Shown here piece after piece: positions 60,117 through 64,000 of a DNA stretch of 64,000 nucleotides (the stretch's first letter is position 1; each line of letters starts with the position of its first letter). The notes under the pieces were generated by a model. That model saw nothing but the letters and a program-made list of their open reading frames with translations. It was not told where the DNA came from and did not search any database. The position numbers and the translations under genes were made by a program. Source of the DNA: Candidatus Poribacteria bacterium (GTDB lineage: Bacteria > Poribacteria > WGA-4E > PCPOR2b); contig OZ242326.1 of assembly GCA_965208325.1 (NCBI GenBank), positions 2,112,001-2,176,000 of the forward strand, in the 5' to 3' direction.

Positions 60117-61058
60117 ATGAAAAAATTTGCATTAACCACACTGCTTTTTGTCGTTCTCGCGTTCACCACAGGTACTCTCAATGCTGAAATAAAGCTGACA
60201 GACAACCTGTCATTATCGGGTTTCCTGGATATGTCAACCGTAATAGGCAGCCATGACGATCACACCGACGCAAGTCTGTCTTTCGATCAGTTCGAGTTGG
60301 ATTTCCATCTCGACTACGGCTCAGTTACCGGGCGTATTGATATTGATAGCACAGACACGGACCAAGGGATTAAACTGGAACAGGGTTTCGTGACATACAC
60401 GCTTCCCGAAGATGTTGTATCCGGCGTAAGCATCACCGCTGGTAGATTTCTCAGTTCGTTCGGCTTTGAAGCCGCAGAGCCGACAGGGCTCTATCAGTAT
60501 TCCTTTTCCGAGGGAATTCCTTATCCGGGTTATCAGAATGGCGTCGCAGTCAATGTCAGTCCCGTAAAAGAGGTCGGCATTTACTTAGCGCTCTTGTCCG
60601 GTGTTTGGGACGTGAACGATACGGATGTGAAAGACCCGGGCGTCGAGGCGCAACTGTCGTTGATGCCTATCGATCAGATTACCGCAAAGGTCGGTTACGC
60701 GATGGATATGTTGGAAGACTATTCACAGTCGGAACTCAACGCTTGGGCGCAATTCACGCAAGGGCCATTGACCCTCGCTGGGGAAATTGACCTCTTGGGC
60801 AACTGGGGTGCCGACGGGAATAACGGCATCCACTTTTTGGGGATGGCGAATGTTTCGCTCGAAGATGCGATTTCCGCGCCGGTTGCGGTTACCCTCCGTT
60901 TCAGCGGCATCAACTTGGATGATACGGACAGCTCTACGGAGTTTACGTTCAGTCCATCTTATGCGGCGACGGACAATTGGCTGCTGCTCGCCGAGTTTAA
61001 ACGGCGAATTGACGCGGAAGAGACCATAATTGCGGCCGAATCCCTTTTCACTTTCTAA
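60117..61058 (+). CDS. Outer-membrane beta-barrel porin
   Basis: Signal peptide, SGFLDMS, LEQGFVTY, AGRFLS-FGFEA-EP, C-terminal FTF. Confidence 0.8.
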   Translation: MKKFALTTLLFVVLAFTTGTLNAEIKLTDNLSLSGFLDMSTVIGSHDDHTDASLSFDQFELDFHLDYGSVTGRIDIDSTDTDQGIKLEQGFVTYTLPEDVVSGVSITAGRFLSSFGFEAAEPTGLYQYSFSEGIPYPGYQNGVAVNVSPVKEVGIYLALLSGVWDVNDTDVKDPGVEAQLSLMPIDQITAKVGYAMDMLEDYSQSELNAWAQFTQGPLTLAGEIDLLGNWGADGNNGIHFLGMANVSLEDAISAPVAVTLRFSGINLDDTDSSTEFTFSPSYAATDNWLLLAEFKRRIDAEETIIAAESLFTF

Positions 61059-61104
61059 ATGAAAACCACTTAGTTGAAAAACACTCTTAAGGAGATCATT
61101 AGTT

Positions 61105-62400
61105 ATGTTTAGGTCGAAACCAAAATTGCGCAGTATTGCTACTATAAGTTTACTACTCATAGTTGTTGGGATGTTTAGTGTCACGCCGGTAAACGCCGGG
61201 GATGGCGAAGTAAAAATCGGAATACTGCACTCGTTGAGTGGTACAATGGCAATCTCAGAGACCTCTCTCAAAGACGTCGTTCTGATGGCGGTTGACGAGA
61301 TTAACGCAAATGGCGGCGTAATGGGTAAGCAGGTTAAACCGGTCGTCGTCGATCCCGCCAGCGACTGGGACCTTTTCGCTGAAAAAGCCAAGGATTTGAT
61401 TGTTAAAGAGAAAGTTGCTGTCGTCTTTGGCTGCTGGACCTCTGTGAGCCGAAAGTCTGTACTTCCGGTTTTTGAGGAAAATAACTCCCTGCTTTTCTAC
61501 CCGGTGCAGTATGAAGGTGAGGAACAGTCGCTCAACGTCTTCTACACCGCTGCCACTCCTAACCAACAGTTGGTTCCCGCGGCTGAGTATATGATGGAAG
61601 AAATCGGGGCAAAAAAATTCTACCTTCTCGGAACCGACTATGTGTTTCCACGCACGGCGAATAAAGTGCTGAAGGCTTACTTGAAAACGAAGGGCGTTCC
61701 CGATGAGAACATCGTCGAGGAGTATACGCCGTTTCACCACCAAGATTATCAAACGATTGTCGGGAAGATTAAGACGTTCGCAGCGGGCGGCGATGCTTGT
61801 GTATTGTCCACAATTAACGGTGACAGCAACGTGCCGTTCTACAAGGAGTTCGCCAACCAAGGGTTGACGTCCGACGACTGCCCGATTATGGCGTTCTCTG
61901 TTGCGGAAGATGAATTGCGCGCGATGGATGTGCCGCCTCTCGTTGGACATCTCGCCACCTGGAATTATTTCCAAAGCATAAATACACCGGAAAACAAGAA
62001 ATTCGTCAAGAACTTCAAGGCGTTCTGCGAGCAGAATAATCTGCCCGGCGGTTCGGATCGGGTCACGGATGACCCAATCGAAGCCGCTTACTTCGGCGTA
62101 TACGTGTGGAAGGCTGCCGTTGAAAAGGCGAAGTCCTTCGATGTTGATAAGGTCCGAGCGGCTGTCTACGGCTTGGAATTTGACGCGCCCGGCGGTAAGA
62201 AGATGATGCACGCCAGCAACCAGCATACGCTCAAGCCGGTATACGTCGGCGAAATTAAGAAGAACGGCCAGTTCAAGATTGTTTACAAGTCAGACGGATT
62301 AGTTTCGCCCGATTCCTACAGCAAATATCTCCACCCGGACGGCAAATTCCCAGCGCCGACAGGCGGTCCGAAGGTTGCTGTTTTATCGTCTGAGGAATAA
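61105..62400 (+). CDS. urtA: Urea ABC transporter substrate-binding protein
   Basis: GILHSLSGTMAISE, VDPASDW, FGCWTSVSRK, YPVQYEG, GTDYVFPRT. Confidence 0.94.
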   Translation: MFRSKPKLRSIATISLLLIVVGMFSVTPVNAGDGEVKIGILHSLSGTMAISETSLKDVVLMAVDEINANGGVMGKQVKPVVVDPASDWDLFAEKAKDLIVKEKVAVVFGCWTSVSRKSVLPVFEENNSLLFYPVQYEGEEQSLNVFYTAATPNQQLVPAAEYMMEEIGAKKFYLLGTDYVFPRTANKVLKAYLKTKGVPDENIVEEYTPFHHQDYQTIVGKIKTFAAGGDACVLSTINGDSNVPFYKEFANQGLTSDDCPIMAFSVAEDELRAMDVPPLVGHLATWNYFQSINTPENKKFVKNFKAFCEQNNLPGGSDRVTDDPIEAAYFGVYVWKAAVEKAKSFDVDKVRAAVYGLEFDAPGGKKMMHASNQHTLKPVYVGEIKKNGQFKIVYKSDGLVSPDSYSKYLHPDGKFPAPTGGPKVAVLSSEE

Positions 62401-62587
62401 TTGAGATTGTTGCCTGCCGTCAGAATGTAGCTTCGTCGGCTATAATCGAGCGGCGTAAATCAAGCGTTCGCAAAGCGTAAGGCGTCCTATGGCGTTTTGC
62501 GTTTTGCGAACTTCATTTTACAATTCGAACCGTCGCGACACCAAAATCCTTCCCGTTTCTTACGTAGGCAATCCAAGGTGCACTCCC

Positions 62588-64000
62588 ATGCCGAAAGTGC
62601 GTTTTCTGTTAAGTATCCTCGCAATCTCCTTTTCGCTGCAAATCCTCAGTGGCTTTTTCATCTGTTCAGCTCGTGCGGACGATGGATTCATCCGCTCTGA
62701 AATTCACAAACTCACCAGCGAAAACACTGCAACCCGCAAAGATGCTGTCATCGCGCTAGCAAAAACTGGTGACATGCGTGTGGAGGCAATTCTCCAATCG
62801 TATAAATTGAGCGAACTATACGTTTGGAATGAGGCAGTCGTGCTCTGCAAAGAGATTATCGAAGACGAGGATTTCAACGAATTCTGCCGTGTCTCGGACG
62901 TGCTGACCGGCGAACCAATTCTGGACGCAGGCGGCGAGCCGCATGAAATCCCGGTGGAGGAACTTGAGGAGATTAGTCCCTCTAGAGCAGAACGCAAACT
63001 TGCGAATAGCGCTAAATTTCTTCTCCGGCTGTCATCTCCAGACCGTGATATCCGGATGTCGGGCGCAAAGAAATGCGGCGACCCGCCGGGCATTATCGCA
63101 TCAGTACGCCAACTCCGAGAGATGTCAGAGAACGACCCGGTCAAAAAAATTCGCTATATTGCCAAAGAAAGCCTGCTTCTCATCCGCTTAAATCAAACCT
63201 CCGTAGCGTCCGATCCACATGCACACCTTGAAGTTGCCCGTGAATTGGGAAACATGAAGAGTATGCGCGGGCGGCCGCAGTTGCAAAAACTTTTCGATGC
63301 GCTGATGAAAACCCCCAACGGAGCCAAGCCCGTATACGACGACGCTAGGAAGACTTACAAATTCTCGATTGACCAGATTGACGGCTATCAAGGATTCGTA
63401 GGCGGGGTCGGCAACATATTTCGCGGGCTATCGCTCGGATCTGTGCTCATCCTCATGGCGCTTGGACTTGCGATTACCTTCGGTCTGATGGGCGTCATCA
63501 ATATGGCGCACGGCGAGTTGATGATGATTGGGGCTTACGCGACCTTTGAGATGCAAAGATTGTTCGGCCATTCACCTGATAACCCTTCAGACCTATATTA
63601 TATCGCTGCATTACCTGCCGCATTCCTCACAGCGGCATTCGTCGGTTATCTCATTGAGGTGTCGGTCGTCCGTTACCTGTACCGGCGCCCATTGGAGTCG
63701 CTGCTCGCAACATGGGGGATTGGACTTATACTGATTCAACTTGTGCGTATTCGATACGGAGATAATATTGGGGTTAACGCCCCGACTTGGGCGCGCGGCG
63801 GTGTCGAAATTGTGCAGGATCTCGTCCTCCCTTACAGCCGTTGCTTCATCATTGTCTTGTGCGGCATTTGCGTTCTGCTTATCTATTACCTCATGAACTA
63901 CACCAAGCTTGGTTTGCGGATGCGAGCGACGATGCAAAATCGGAATATGGCAAGGAGCGTTGGCGTGAACACGCAGCGTGTAGACCGGTATACGTTTGCC
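62588..64000 (+). CDS. urtB: Urea ABC transporter permease with a large N-terminal periplasmic domain; runs off the window edge
   Basis: Not in the ORF track. Manual reading from ATG 62588 is in frame with GLSLGSVLILMALGLAITFGLMGVINMAHGELMMIGAY. Confidence 0.9.
   Translation, partial: MPKVRFLLSILAISFSLQILSGFFICSARADDGFIRSEIHKLTSENTATRKDAVIALAKTGDMRVEAILQSYKLSELYVWNEAVVLCKEIIEDEDFNEFCRVSDVLTGEPILDAGGEPHEIPVEELEEISPSRAERKLANSAKFLLRLSSPDRDIRMSGAKKCGDPPGIIASVRQLREMSENDPVKKIRYIAKESLLLIRLNQTSVASDPHAHLEVARELGNMKSMRGRPQLQKLFDALMKTPNGAKPVYDDARKTYKFSIDQIDGYQGFVGGVGNIFRGLSLGSVLILMALGLAITFGLMGVINMAHGELMMIGAYATFEMQRLFGHSPDNPSDLYYIAALPAAFLTAAFVGYLIEVSVVRYLYRRPLESLLATWGIGLILIQLVRIRYGDNIGVNAPTWARGGVEIVQDLVLPYSRCFIIVLCGICVLLIYYLMNYTKLGLRMRATMQNRNMARSVGVNTQRVDRYTFA

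Noticed and set aside
61255..62226. 323-aa antisense ORF, and similar antisense ORFs over the WD40, ABC and peptidase genes
   Set aside because: These are shadows of well-supported genes on the opposite strand and carry no recognisable motifs.

Overview
Bacterial chromosomal segment of moderate GC. It most likely comes from Ca. Poribacteria or a relative; this is inferred from secreted WD40 proteins ending in an 'L(L)ANYPNPFNPETW' FlgD-Ig-like domain and from LamG/CBM9-type proteins ending in a 'K-L/A-x3-W-x2-L/I-K' tail. Housekeeping and metabolic genes: mqnA (partial), mqnE, purN, purE, tsaE, thiO, acetolactate synthase, an M16C peptidase, sugar(-acid) catabolic enzymes, several ABC systems, a TonB-dependent receptor, two porins and the start of a sigma54-type urea uptake operon (porin-urtA-urtB). 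Accessory DNA is interleaved: an orphan N4-cytosine-type methyltransferase at the head of the menaquinone operon, at least five toxin-antitoxin modules with nonsense or frameshift lesions, an IS5-like MITE family and GTAG-type REP elements. The most unusual feature is an intact class II Fic gene with a C-terminal HTH-like tail (19470-20582), flanked on both sides by a non-coding array of palindromes. About 25 units lie downstream and about 2.5 upstream, with alternating ~30/40-bp spacing, co-varying arms and a ~210-bp higher-order repeat. Also notable are a candidate FmdB-family selenoprotein (UGA followed by a bacterial-SECIS-like hairpin) and a putative selenate-type ABC transporter whose genes are split by 8 kb. 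No rRNA, tRNA, CRISPR array or intact transposase was recognised. All family calls come from motif recognition by eye, not from database searches.
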